A stretch of 64,000 nt of DNA from Hypanus sabinus (Eukaryota). How positions within the stretch are numbered: the first letter of the stretch is position 1; every line of letters starts with the position of its first letter. The notes beneath the pieces are model-generated. The model did not search any database, was not told the origin of the DNA, and saw only the letters and a list, made by a program, of their open reading frames with translations. A program made the position numbers and the translations under genes. The stretch is taken from the NCBI RefSeq assembly GCF_030144855.1, contig NC_082714.1, positions 94,302,001 to 94,366,000 on the forward strand. The letters run 5' to 3'. Positions 50,791 through 64,000 of this stretch are shown piece by piece.

Positions 50791-53700
50791 GTGAGTCTGT
50801 GGGTGGGAACGGGTTAATTATGTTAGCTTCTTCTCTGCCTTTTATCTTATTCAGTATCAACTATGAGTTCGTGTTTCCCGAGGTACAGCTCATAGTACGG
50901 TATATTTTCTAAAATCTGGAATATTGTGCCGTTCAGAACAAATAGAAGTCATTCAAATAGATGCAACTTCCTTGATCTTTAGTGACCCGTTTTATTTTTT
51001 TTTGTGCGCAGTGTTGGAGGAGTAATGTGTATCGGTTAAGTGGGAGAGGCCTTGTGATTGAAACAATATCAGAATTTCACTCCTTTACTCCGCACGTGTT
51101 GCCAATGACATCGGCATTTAACTCATTTAGACTGCATCTCATCGCTTGTACCGAATTCATCTGCAATTACTTTTGGTACGTTATTTTTCATATACTTAGC
51201 GGCTACGTTATTATGAGTACCTAGTAAAGTGGTCACTGTATGATTGTTCGTGGTCTTGAAGATTTACTTACTTCAGAGTTCGACGTGTTGTGCGTTATGA
51301 ATCACTCTTCTGCACAACACTGTTGTAATGAATGTTATTTGTGTCATTACCACCTTCCTGTCTCATTGTACCATTCTGGATATACTCCTCTGACCTCATT
51401 ACCAAGGCGATTGGGCCCACAGAATAGCCGCTTAGGATGATATTATTTGTTTTTCGTACCATTTTCTCTAAACTCCAGAAATTGTTGAGCATGAAAATCC
51501 CTGGGGATCAGCTGATACAGCGTTCATTTACCCACTCATCAATCATTCCAGAGTCAAAGTCACTAAGATCAGATGCCTTGCCCATTCTTATATTTGGTAT
51601 GAGCAGCAATTGAAAGTCTTAACCATGCTTTGATGCATTGAATTCTTACCACCTGATTAGCTGATTAGATATTTGCACTAACGACCAGATAAGGTAGCCA
51701 CTGAGAGATGCTGGCGAGAATACGTTTGGAGTACTGCGTCCAGTTTTTACCCTGCTGTAGGTCATACGTCATTAAACTAGGAAGAGTGTATTAAAGGTTT
51801 AGTGGTGCTAGATCTCGCAAGCGAGTTTCAGGCATACATTAGAAGGGACAGGGCTTCATTCCTTAGAGCACGGAAGTCTGAGAAGTGATCTTATAGTGGC
51901 GTGTTAAATCACGAGATGCAACTATATAGTGAATTTCTTTACTCACAGAGCTCGATTATCAAGAAATTGAGAGCAGAGGTATCAAGCGAAGGAGAAAGAG
52001 AGTAGGAACTTTAGGGATACTTTTTTACAAAGACGGTGGAATTTGTCGAGACGGCGACAACAATAACATTTAAAGGAAAGATAGAAGTACATACATAGGA
52101 AATGTTTCGAGGGATATGGGTCAAACACGGGCAAGTGGGATGTGCTTGGATGGTAGTTGGGCTGGAAGTCCTGTTTCCGTCCTGTGACATTCTGTGATTC
52201 TGTGACTGTTTATTTGTTGCCTTGTTTATATAGTCCGCTGTGATTTTTAATATTACCGATACGAGGTAGTTTGATTTTGATGATGACATTCATTCATCTA
52301 TTCTAAAAATGTTGCAACAATGAGAAAGACGATCTTGCATTTCTACAGCACCTTTCACGCTCTGGATGCTGCTCATAGACTTTTCTTTGGCAAGATCATA
52401 ATTCTTTTCATCTTGTATCTGTTCATGAGAAATTTGAGATACACAGTAGCAATCTGCTTGAGGAATGTATTTTCATCGCCCTACCGGGAAGACCCGGACA
52501 CAGAGGGAAGATCATTCAAATTACAATAAAAAATGTAGACTGCATCTCTCTGAAATATGGAGTGCAAACAGAGAGCAAAAATGGTGAGGTCGCATTCAGG
52601 GGCTACTGGACAATTTGAAGCCTCTACAAGACTTGTTAGAAAATTCAGATTTCGTCCGACCACAGTTCAGTGAGGGTGGGCTACTCCTATTCTATCTTTC
52701 TCCCTTGGATGAAGTCCAGATCACACTAATGAATGGAGCATATCGTATTGTCAGGGATGGGTTTTCGTCTGTGAGAAGGGAGGCCTGGGTTGATAGTACA
52801 GTCCAACCAATGGAAGCTGAGTAGACGGGTCTAAAAAGGCGACAGTGCAGAATGAGATCAGTGGGGGTGAGGGGTGAAAACTTTGAAGAGCACTGTAGTC
52901 TTCTTTTGAAGAGGTGCAATTGCGGAAAGACTCTGAACCCCACATTGACTCCAAGGAATATGTCTCAGATATTGCAATTTGTTGTTTCTCATGCAATGAA
53001 TTTAAGAATTTAAACAATGTCCATTTGGTTACAAATCTGAAATTCTGCGATAGTCGGAGTGAGACAGTGGGAGAGATGATGATGGTGATGATGATTGTTT
53101 GTGTGTGTGTGTGTGTGTGTGTGTTTCTGTGTGTTTCAGAGAGAGATCGAGATCGAGACACAGAGAGAGAGAATAGGAGAGCAGGCGATCAGTAATATAG
53201 AACATCAAACAGTACAGCGTAGGAATGTTATGTCAAATTTAACTAATTCCTCTTTCTTGCACGTATTGGGTATCCCGCCATCCTTGAACATTTATGTCCT
53301 ATCTAAGAGACCTAAACATCAATAGCCGACTTCGGACTACACACGTAGCTGTGTTTTCAGGCACCCAATACTCTCTGTGTATGCAATTTATCCCATGTGC
53401 ACCTCGTTTAAACAATCCCCTCCAATCTTAATGCCAGGCTCTCCAGTAAATGATATTCCTACAATAGTTAACCCTTTTGAGTGCTTTCCCTTTCTATTCC
53501 CCTCACAGATTTTTAAAGTTTGATCATACGTCCCCTCCACTACCTAGTCTCCAGAGAAAACAGGGCGGATTTGTCAATCCTCTCCTTATCTTTAATGTAA
53601 TCTAATCCTGCTATCATTTTTCTGCCGCTATTGTACACCTTCTCTAGTGCCTCTTGAAATGGGGTGACCGGAATTGCACGCAAAGTGCGGCCTAACCAAA

Positions 53701-55099
53701 CTTTTTTCAGCTACAACCTGACTTCATAGCTCTTATACTCAGTACACCGATCGATGAAAACAAAATCGCTTTCTTTACCACTCTGTTGACTTGTGCTGCT
53801 ACTTCCAGGGAGCTATACCAGTTTTGCACCCCCTATCTTAAGACTGCCTAACCAGAGGAAACGGGCTCCGGACTTCCTCCTTTTTGCTTCATGAAGTGTC
53901 TTGTCCTTTAATCTGATCACTTCTCCTTTTATCGTTCGCTAGATAACATTGCATTCAATATCTCATCGTGGGTCAGAGTCAATATGGGAATGTTAGGCTT
54001 GAAGCTGTCTCTGACAAGTTTCGGAATGTTTGAGACAAGAGCAGAAGTTCTTATTGCAAAAGGGCTTGACGCACCGAAGTCTGGAGCGGCGCGTTTTCAT
54101 GCTTGTTTGCGGGATTTTCAGAGAAATAAATAGACACCGATCCTGGTCCATATACCCGCGTTGTGAAGTCTACATATTTGTTTATGACGATTTCACTCAG
54201 ATTTAGGCTCAAATTCAGATTTATTTATCACGTGTACATAGAAAGATAGATTAAAATGCGTCGATTGTCTTATAAACCAACACAATGAAGAATGCGCTGA
54301 GGGCAGTGTGCAAGTATTGCCAAGCTCACAGGTTCCAACATTGCATAACAATGTTCAGCAGAACAACACAGGCAACAGCAGCAACAGGAACAAACACAAC
54401 AAAACAACAGATCAATTCCTCTTGGTAGCTGTCTGACCTCCCAGTGCAAGGCAGAACTTTGCTTCAACTGCATGCTAAATTACTGTGTTCCTTAAACTGG
54501 AATAGGAGTAACTTTGTGTGCACTTTGGTTTGAAACCCCCTTTGCCCTTTCATTATCTGTTGAGGCCCCACACATCCACACCGAGTAAAAGGCAAATTTT
54601 GATTTCTAAATTCTGCTTCTTAATTTCAGTTCCGGGTACATGTTCCAGGGGTAGCGCGAAACAATCAGGCTCTTCTAGACGCTAGACACTAAACAATACG
54701 GACCCTTCGGCCCTCGATGTTGTGCCGACCCATATATTCCTAAAAAATGTCCTAAACCCATAGTACCCGTAGGCCTCTAATTTTCTTTCATCCATGTGTC
54801 TGTCCCAGAGGCTCTTAAATACCCCTAATTCATACCCCTAAAACCCCGTAATACATGAGTTTAAGGTAGGGGGCGGGAAGTTCAAGTGGGATATTAGAGG
54901 TACGTGTTTTACTCAGAGAGCGGAATGCACTGCCTGAGTCTGTGAGTGGAAGCAGATACACTAGCGAAATTTAAGAGACTACTAGATGGAGGAATTTAAG
55001 GTAAGGGTATATATGGGAGGCATGGTTTAGGGGTCGGCACTACATTGTGGGCCGGAAGGCCTGTACTGTGCAATACTATTCTATGTTCAACGTTCTATG

Positions 55100-55700
55100 T
55101 TCTATTTTAGCCTCCATTCCTGGCAAGTCAATCCAGGCACCCACAACCCTCTGTGTAAAACACTTAACCCTGATGTCTCCCCTAAATTTCCCTTTCTTAA
55201 CTTTGTACATATGTCCTCTGCTGTTTGCTATCCGGGCCTAGGGAAACTGGTACTGGCTATCCACCCTATATTTGCCGCTCATGATCTTGTAGTCCTCTAT
55301 CCTTTCCCCTCTCATCCTTCTACGCTCCAAAGAGAAAAGGTTCCGCTCTGCTAACCTTGCCTCATGAGACTTGTTTTCCAATCCAGGCAACATCCTGATA
55401 AATCTCCTCTGCGACCTCTCCATAGCCTCCACAACCTTCCTATAATCAGGTGACCATAACTGAGCACAATACTCTCTGTGGTCTCACCAGAGATTTCTAG
55501 AGTCGCAACATGACCTCGCTACTCTTGAACACAATCCCCTTATTAAAGAAGCCTAACATCCCACAGGCCTTCTCAACTCTCCTATTAACCTGTGCAGCGA
55601 CCTTAATGGATGCATGGATTTGAACCCCAAGATCTTTCTGTTCATCCACACTCTTAAGTAACCGACCATTAACCCTGTATTCAGCCTTCTGGTTTTTCCA
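55100..55700 (-). mobile_element. CR1 LINE 3' fragment
   Basis: MEAMERSQRRFIRMLPGLENKSHEARL..SLERRRMRG. Confidence 0.88.
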
Positions 55701-55974
55701 AAGTTCAAAGTAATTTTATTATCAACGTACAGATATATCATTATATACAAACCTAGGATTCGTTTGCTTGCCAGTATGCTCAGGAAATCCCCAAGAACCA
55801 CAACAGAATCAATGAGAAACTTTACGCAACAAAATAGGAATACACCCTGTGAACAAAAGACAATACACTGTGCAAATACCAAAGAAAGATAAGGAAATTA
55901 AAATTAAATCAACAACCAAATCAGAACATGATGTCACTTCAGCGATTTAGCCATTATTAGTTCGACATCACAGA

Positions 55975-56464
55975 AATACGCTCAGTGGCCACGTTTTACT
56001 TTCATGTCCAACCAGATGCCGGATTAGTAAAGTAAGTATCTAAACAATTAATCGCTTGGCAGCATCTCACTGTATAACAGTATGCAGACAAAACCAACAG
56101 GTTCATTTGTTGTTTGGACCAAACGTCAGAATGGGAAAGAAACGTGATCTAAGTGAATTTGATCGTAATAATTGTTGGTGCCAGGTGGGGTGGTTCCAGT
56201 ACTTCTGGAAGTGCTGCTCTGCTAGAATGTTCACGCACAGCGTTTACAGAAAATGTTGCGATAAACAATCACTTAGCTGATGTTCTGTGGTAGTAAACGG
56301 CTTGATCATGAAATTAGACAGAGCAGAATGATCAGAATTGTGCAAACTGGACAGGAAAGCAACTCAATTCACCACACCTTACAACAGTGGTATATAGAAC
56401 AGAATCTATAAACGCAGAACACGTCGAAAGTTGATGTCAATGAGCTACAGCAGATGAAGGCCTT

Positions 56465-56465
<1 letters not shown>
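55975..56465 (+). mobile_element. Tc1-like DNA transposon remnant
   Basis: TIR-like ctcagtggccac at about 55980; MGKKRDLSEFDR transposase N-terminus. Confidence 0.8.

Positions 56466-56467
<2 letters not shown>

Positions 56468-56536
<69 letters not shown>
56468..56536. repeat. (GA)n microsatellite
   Basis: Direct reading. Confidence 0.97.
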
Positions 56537-56537
<1 letters not shown>

Positions 56538-58598
56538 CCTTGCTGATGGATCCTGCTTTCTGCTTCAGCGCTCCTTCAGGTGCTCAGAAGTGGGAGGGCT
56601 TTTCTTGTGATGGACTAGGCTTTATCCATTGCTTTGTAGGCGTTACCGCTTATGGACATTGGAGTTTCCATGATACAGCAAATAAATATACTATAAACTT
56701 GAGGATCAATTAAACTTGATAAAAACGAATAAACTTGAGGTTCAATTAAAACCTGCGCAGGTTACTGACACGGGTGTCCTTAACGTTCAAATACAAGCTG
56801 TGAGTGAGATAAATGTTGCACCTTTCCATGGCGTTTTCAGGATGGGAGATATCTATCGCCTCGGGTGACTTAATGATAACTGCTAAGTGCAGGAAACAGG
56901 TGTTATTTTCGTATCCAATTACCTCATGCTTTCACCATCTGACCCGCTGTCTCTCTCTGTTCTCTTTGCACTGCCTGCCTCTCTTTTTTTCTGTTGCACT
57001 CTCCCCTTTCGTTCTTTCTCCCATCGTTCCCTTTCAGAATTGTAATTTGGCAGTCTGTGGCATCAATCAAATTCATCGCTGGTAACAACTAATTGCAATT
57101 TGTGTAAACTTTTTATTCAATATTTTCCTTTCAGTATTTGTGTCTTGCAGTTATAGCAGTTTCTTAGTTTTGAAGTTGTTATTTAAAATTTCAGCCTTAT
57201 CTCTCCCCATCTCAACCTCCCCCGATCGATTGACCGGACCAGATTGATCACTTCACAAACAGAACAGAAACAGCAGCAATTTGCGTAACAGTTGCTAAAT
57301 TAAAGCTGTGACGAAACCGCCCTAGTCCCCATGGGGAGATGACACGCTTCACGGCTGCATAAGTGTGGATCACAGCATAGACATTTCGACCCTGTGATCA
57401 GCAGGATTGAGTGGTTAACTGGACTGAGTAGTTTCCGACGTCAGGATAGGTTTGATGGAAGAGAACCATATCCAAGTAATTGACAACTGTTTTTTCTAAA
57501 TTCGGGACAAAGATTGACACAGAATCACATACACACCGAACACCTATTTGGAAGACACTTCTTCTGAGCTATCACACAATATCCAACAGTTTAGATATGA
57601 AGGCGGAATGAGGAGTGGGTGGTGATTAACTAAATCATAAACAACAGAAACGAGAAGCGATCTCTCACACAGGGTCCATTGTCGGTGAGGATCTTTCATC
57701 AGAGTGATGATCAGAATTAGAATCAGGTTCAATATCACTGACATATGACGTGAAATCTGACCGGGGAAGCGGGTGGAGGGCTGGAAAATGTAATTTTGCT
57801 TGAGAAAATAATGAACGAATTACCAAGATGCCAGAATTCTGCAGATCACATTAAAATAAACGAAGAACATAATTGAGTCATGGAGCACTACAACATATAA
57901 TCAGACCACTCGGCCTATCTGGTCAGTGCCGAATTATTAATATGGCTCGTCCCGTCATTCTATGCTGTTACAAAGGATGAACGGCTCTGATGGACTGAAG
58001 GGTGCAGAGTTACCCATGTCACCCCCCCTTGGGGGAATCACAAACAGTTACTGTTGCTATGCTGCTAATGAGAGAGGGAGATGTAAGGGAAAACATGCTG
58101 GAACTGGAACATCTGCTGCAGATAAGAGAGAGATAAAGCAGGGGAGACACCTGATTCACCATATTATGACTTCTGAAAGACTTATGGCTTCTAAGAGGGT
58201 TGTTTATCTTGTACCATTCTGTTCATTAAAATTCTTCAGTGGACAGCCGGAGTGGGCTGGTTTGATGGGCACAGCCGTTCAAAATTGATGGACAACTGAG
58301 TAGGGATAAAAGTAAGGTCTGGGGAGCCAACCCTCAGACACACCAGGAGACACACTATTGAGCACTGATTGGGTGTTGTAACTCACGGGAAGGTGTGGGG
58401 CAACGGAGGCCGAACAAAGAGATCAGTCAGTTTAACTCACAGTGTCATAGTACGGCCGGTGGGGGCTTGTATGTGTGACCACTCATGCCAGAGTGACGTC
58501 CACCACGGAAGAACGGTCCAGCTGAAGAACAGAGAGGTCATACCTGAATGGCCACAAAAGAACGACGGATCAAGAACGTAAAGGAAGGTATGCCTGCC

Positions 58599-58734
58599 NN
58601 NNNNNNNNNNNNNNNNNNNNNNNNNNNNNNNNNNNNNNNNNNNNNNNNNNNNNNNNNNNNNNNNNNNNNNNNNNNNNNNNNNNNNNNNNNNNNNNNNNNN
58701 NNNNNNNNNNNNNNNNNNNNNNNNNNNNNNNNNN
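58599..58734. other. Assembly gap inside LTR1
   Basis: N run flanked by tgcctgcc / aaccaacatc. Confidence 1.
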
Positions 58735-59016
58735 AACCAACATCTACCTCAGCACGTATGAACTGAAATGAACGTTATATTCACATGTGACAATTCATTA
58801 TCCCCTAGACATCGATAGAGCTCGTTTATTACTGATTATTATTATACCCACATTTTTAGGTTTATTATTACTAAAGTGTGTTATCTATATATTTGCAATA
58901 TTGATATTGATTTGTGTATTGTATTAATAAATACTTTTGAAAATCGTACCACCAGACTCCAACGGATACTTCTTTCTCTGCTGGTCAGACACCCAGTTAC
59001 GGGGTACGTAACAAAT

Positions 59017-59041
59017 TGGGGCCTCGTCTTCCGGGATTTGA
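59017..59041 (+). promoter_or_regulatory. Primer-binding site complementary to the tRNA-Pro 3' end (repeated at about 61854-61878)
   Basis: tggggcctcgtcttccgggatttga versus expected TGGGGGCTCGTCCGGGATTTGA, directly after the LTR end. Confidence 0.75.
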
Positions 59042-59127
59042 TTACCAAATTGGTTGGCCAGTGAATCGGGCAAAAAGTCCATTATCTGATCCGGTTGCGT
59101 GGTTAACCAGACGGGAAACCAGCAGAG

Positions 59128-59790
59128 ATGGAAATAGACCAATTTATAAAGAACCTGACTTTGGCGACATTGGAGGATGACAGGAAGGTGGAATTGGTGA
59201 TTGTTGCTAAACGATTAAATTTCTCGGCGGTGAAATCGTCGATGCGAAAGTGGGAGACACAAAGAGCAATAGCCATGCATTATGTATCCAAGGGTGTGTT
59301 CCACATCGATGCACTGGACTTGTTCCCTGAGATGAAATCAGCCGACGGTGAGGTTCCGTTAGAGATAGAAAAAATAAGGTTGGCTGAGAAGGAGAAGGAG
59401 ATGCAACATGCACTTCAGATGAGGCAGATGAAAGCAGAGGAGGAAGAAAGGAAAGTTGAAAGGAAGAAGCTGGAGTGGGAGGAGGAAGAGAAACAACGGC
59501 AGTTCGAGAGGGAGAAATGGCAACATGTGGGTAGCGGCGCAGACAGAGAGGAGAAGTTCAATGTTAGTAGGGTGATTAGGCCAGTACCTCCGTTCGAGGA
59601 GACGGATGTTGATAGGTACTTCTTGCATACTGAAAAGGTGGCAGTGAATCAAAAGTGGCCCAGAGATCAGTGGGTGGCGTTGTTACATCGTGTATTAAAA
59701 GGGAAGGCTCAACGGGCATACCAGTCCTTTAGGGTCAGATGGAATTGGTTCAGTGAAGAAAGGGTTAATCTTGGTACCAGTGGAAAGTAA
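59128..59790 (+). CDS. Truncated Gag ORF (220 aa) of the LTR element; second copy 61965-62627
   Basis: Coiled-coil region followed by a Gmr1-type Gag motif; homology breaks after KAQRAY. Confidence 0.8.
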   Translation: MEIDQFIKNLTLATLEDDRKVELVIVAKRLNFSAVKSSMRKWETQRAIAMHYVSKGVFHIDALDLFPEMKSADGEVPLEIEKIRLAEKEKEMQHALQMRQMKAEEEERKVERKKLEWEEEEKQRQFEREKWQHVGSGADREEKFNVSRVIRPVPPFEETDVDRYFLHTEKVAVNQKWPRDQWVALLHRVLKGKAQRAYQSFRVRWNWFSEERVNLGTSGK

Positions 59791-61408
59791 GAATTCTCAG
59801 TTGATTGTGTTAGAAGGTGTGTTAAAAGTTAGTGAGGAGATGAAAGCCGGTGAGGTGAATATTATTGAAGGAGAAGGGAAAGGTGTTGTTCCTAAATTGA
59901 ATAAAGAATATTTAAAGTCTGGATTGGTTTTAGAAGCAGTAACCCGGCTGAAGGAACAATGGCTTGTTAACAAGGTGCCTGTGAATCAATTACTGTTTGT
60001 TTTGTAATGTAAAGGTAAACAACTCATTGATGTTATTCAAGGAAGTGATTTGGAGACAGAACCAAAAGTGTTGTTTTAACAAAGAGGGATCAATTGCAGA
60101 TGTTAAACTTTAAACTGCTAGAATGAAGGGTCCTGAAGTTAAAGTTAATGACTTGCTCAAAAATAATTGTGTGGAAGTTTAGAAAATGGGCTTAGTTTGG
60201 AAAACATCGGTGATAAGATAGCACTTATGAAATGAGTTTGTGAAGGCCCATTCCACACTGGTAAGCAAGCTAACCACGTGAGGGTTAAGTGGAAAAGGGA
60301 CAAAGGTTGACCAAATGTCACGTTGAATAACAAGATCTGGTTTTCAGGGAATTTGATAAAGCATGTGAAAGATAAAAACACCATGGAAGATTGACTGTTA
60401 AGTTTAAAAGTAAAATAGAGAATAGTATTTGCACAAACTTCTGTAATGTACCACAGTATAATCACACATGTATTGGTTCACACTTTGTAATATACACTTA
60501 AGCTAAGATTACAACCCTTGGTATTCTTGGCTAACATGAAAAATAAAAACAGGTTAATAAGTTGGAGTCTGATGCTACAGGAATTTGATATTAAGATACA
60601 ACATATTAAAGGGAGTAACAATGTAATCGGTGATTGATTGTCTAGATGCTAAGTTGAATGTATATCTTATTATCTTTGTAGTTAAAAACACTTCTGTATC
60701 TTGTTAGATTCTGTAATTCTGTAAGACGCTGTATTAGTTCATTTTCAACGGTGAAAATTTTAAGAAGGATGGGGGTGTTACGAAGTATGAACAACTCTGA
60801 TGGGCAGAAGGGTGCAGAGTTACCCATGTCACCCCCCCTTGGGGGAATCACAAACAGTTACTGTTGCTATGCTGCTAATGAGAGAGGGAGATGTAAGGGA
60901 AAACATGCTGGAACTGGAACATCTGCTGCAGATAAGAGAGAGATAAAGCAGGGGAGACACCTGATTCACCATATTATGACTTCTGAAAGACTTATGGCTT
61001 CTAAGAGGGTTGTTTATCTTGTACCATTCTGTTCATTAAAATTCTTCAGTGGACAGCCGGAGTGGGCTGGTTTGATGGGCACAGCCGTTCAAAATTGATG
61101 GACAACTGAGTAGGGATAAAAGTAAGGTCTGGGGAGCCAACCCTCAGACACACCAGGAGACACACTATTGAGCACTGATTGGGTGTTGTAACTCACGGGA
61201 AGGTGTGGGGCAACGGAGGCCGAACAAAGAGATCAGTCAGTTTAACTCACAGTGTCATAGTACGGCCGGTGGGGGCTTGTATGTGTGACCACTCATGCCA
61301 GAGTGACGTCCACCACGGAAGAACGGTCCAGCTGAAGAACAGAGAGGTCATACCTGAATGGCCACAAAAGAACGACGGATCAAGAACGTAAAGGAAGGTA
61401 TGCCTGCC

Positions 61409-61571
61409 NNNNNNNNNNNNNNNNNNNNNNNNNNNNNNNNNNNNNNNNNNNNNNNNNNNNNNNNNNNNNNNNNNNNNNNNNNNNNNNNNNNNNNNNNNNN
61501 NNNNNNNNNNNNNNNNNNNNNNNNNNNNNNNNNNNNNNNNNNNNNNNNNNNNNNNNNNNNNNNNNNNNNNN
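61409..61571. other. Assembly gap inside LTR2 at the homologous position
   Basis: N run with the same flanks as the LTR1 gap. Confidence 1.
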
Positions 61572-64000
61572 AACCAACATCTACCTCAGCACGTATGAAC
61601 TGAAATGAACGTTATATTCACATGTGACAATTCATTATCCCCTAGACATCGATAGAGCTCGTTTATTACTGATTATTATTATACCCACATTTTTAGGTTT
61701 ATTATTACTAAAGTGTGTTATCTATATATTTGCAATATTGATATTGATTTGTGTATTGTATTAATAAATACTTTTGAAAATCGTACCACCAGACTCCAAC
61801 GGATACTTCTTTCTCTGCTGGTCAGACACCCAGTTACGGGGTACGTAACAAATTGGGGCCTCGTCTTCCGGGATTTGATTACCAAATTGGTTGGCCAGTG
61901 AATCGGGCAAAAAGTCCATTATCTGATCCGGTTGCGTGGTTAACCAGTCGGGAAACCAGCAGAGATGGAAATAGACCAATTTATAAAGAACCTGACTTTG
62001 GCGACATTGGAGGATGACAGGAAGGTGGAATTGGTGATTGTTGCTAAACGATTAAATTTCTCGGCGGTGAAATCGTCGATGCGAAAGTGGGAGACACAAA
62101 GAGCAATAGCCATGCATTATGTATCCAAGGGTGTGTTCCACATCGATGCACTGGACTTGTTCCCTGAGATGAAATCAGCCGACGGTGAGGTTCCGTTAGA
62201 GATAGAAAAAATAAGGTTGGCTGAGAAGGAGAAGGAGATGCAACATGCACTTCAGATGAGGCAGATGAAAGCAGAGGAGGAAGAAAGGAAAGTTGAAAGG
62301 AAGAAGCTGGAGTGGGAGGAGGAAGAGAAACAACGGCAGTTCGAGAGGGAGAAATGGCAACATGTGGGTAGCGGCGCAGACAGAGAGGAGAAGTTCAATG
62401 TTAGTAGGGTGATTAGGCCAGTACCTCCGTTCGAGGAGACGGATGTTGATAGGTACTTCTTGCATACTGAAAAGGTGGCAGTGAATCAAAAGTGGCCCAG
62501 AGATCAGTGGGTGGCGTTGTTACATCGTGTATTAAAAGGGAAGGCTCAACGGGCATACCAGTCCTTTAGGGTCAGATGGAATTGGTTCAGTGAAGAAAGG
62601 GTTAATCTTGGTACCAGTGGAAAGTAAGAATTCTCAGTTGATTGTGTTAGAAGGTGTGTTAAAAGTTAGTGAGGAGATGAAAGCCGGTGAGGTGAATATT
62701 ATTAAAGGAGAAGGGAAAGGTGTTGTTCCTAAATTGAATAAAGAATATTTAAAGTCTGGATTGGTTTTAGAAGCAGTAACCCGGCTGAAGGAACAATGGC
62801 TTGTTAACAAGGTGCCTGTGAATCAATTACTGTTTGTTTTGTAATGTAAAGGTAAACAACTCATTGATGTTATTCAAGGAAGTGATTTGGAGACAGAACC
62901 AAAAGTGTTGTTTTAACAAAGAGGGATCAATTGCAGATGTTAAACTTTAAACTGCTAGAATGAAGGGTCCTGAAGTTAAAGTTAATGACTTGCTCAAAAA
63001 TAATTGTGTGGAAGTTCAGAAAATGGGCTTAGTTTGGAAAACATCGGTGATAAGATAGCACTTATGAAATGAGTTTGTGAAGGCCCATTCCACACTGGTA
63101 AGCAAGCTAACCACGTGAGGGTTAAGTGGAAAAGGGACAAAGGTTGACCAAATGTCACGTTGAATAACAAGATCTGGTTTTCAGGGAATTTGATAAAGCA
63201 TGTGAAAGATAAAAACACCATGGAAGATTGACTGTTAAGTTTAAAAGTAAAATAGAGAATAGTATTTGCACAAACTTCTGTAATGTACCACAGTATAATC
63301 ACACATGTATTGGTTCACACTTTGTAATATACACTTAAGCTAAGATTACAACCCTTGGTATTCTTGGCTAACATGAAAAATAAAAACAGGTTAATAAGTT
63401 GGAGTCTGATGCTACAGGAATTTGATATTAAGATACAACATATTAAAGGGAGTAACAATGTAATCGGTGATTGATTGTCTAGATGCTAAGTTGAATGTAT
63501 ATCTTATTATCTTTGTAGTTAAAAACACTTCTGTATCTTGTTAGATTCTGTAATTCTGTAAGACGCTGTATTAGTTCATTTTCAACGGTGAAAATTTTAA
63601 GAAGGATGGGGGTGTTACGAAGTATGAACAACTCTGATGGGCAGAAGGGTGCAGAGTTGCCCATGTCCCCCCCTCCTTGGGATAATCACAAGCCGTTACT
63701 GTTGCTAGGCTGCTAATAAGAGAGAGAGATGTAAGGGAAACCATGCTGGAACTGGAACATTTGCTACAGATAAGAGAGAGATAAAGCAGGGGAGCTAGAC
63801 GTGCTGATTCACCATATTATGACTTCTGAAAGACTTATGGCTTCTGAGAGGGTTGTTTATCTTGTACCATTCTGTTCATTAAAATTCCTCAGTGGACAGC
63901 CGGAGTGGGCTGGTTTGATGGGCACAGCCGTTCAAAATTGATGGACAACTGAGTAGGGATAAAAGTGAGGTCTGGGGAGGCAACCCTCGGACACACCAGG

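Larger units (their letters stand above)
57966..64000 (+). mobile_element. Non-autonomous Gmr1-like gypsy LTR element in tandem: LTR1 57966-59013, internal, LTR2 60776-61850, internal, LTR3 from 63613 (runs off the window)
   Basis: TGT..ACA LTRs, tRNA-Pro-like PBS, gag ORF (FEETDVDRYFLH..WPRDQWVALL..LKGKAQRAY), RNaseH C-terminus KNRLISWSLMLQEFDIKIQHIKGSNNVIGD*LSRC before PPT AAGAAGGATGGGGG; period 2810/2837 bp depending on gap size. Confidence 0.92.

Noticed and set aside
1-64000. Numerous 60-180 aa ORFs in the track; CRISPR, rRNA or tRNA genes
   Set aside because: The ORFs are TE fragments, antisense frames or N-gap artefacts. No CRISPR array, rRNA or complete tRNA gene was seen; tRNA-like pieces are SINE heads and the PBS

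Overview
Eukaryotic genomic DNA from a draft assembly with five N-gaps, most likely a cartilaginous fish (probably a ray). That assignment rests on a shark-type Ig light-chain constant exon and typical chondrichthyan CR1, Rex1, R4 and Tc1 repeats. Most of the window is decayed transposons: many CR1 LINEs (one young copy nested in an old one with an 8-bp TSD), Rex1/Babar and R4/Dong LINE fragments, Tc1 remnants, SINEs and two Gmr1-type Ty3/gypsy LTR elements. One of the LTR elements forms an LTR-int-LTR-int-LTR tandem. Three antigen-receptor-family loci sit among the repeats. (1) An intact five-exon, non-rearranging leader-V-C1-TM-cytoplasmic gene on the minus strand (45456-47777, 275 aa, all GT-AG phase-1 introns). 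(2) A plus-strand pseudogene of similar design, with a germline-joined VJ exon (DSGIYFC...FGNG), a degenerate C1 exon and a probable TM exon (about 25984-33024). (3) A pseudogenised IgL constant exon of sigma-cart/NS5 type (3335-3669). All exons were spliced and translated by hand. No database searches were possible, so family assignments come from remembered motifs and need confirming. Most repeat boundaries are approximate.
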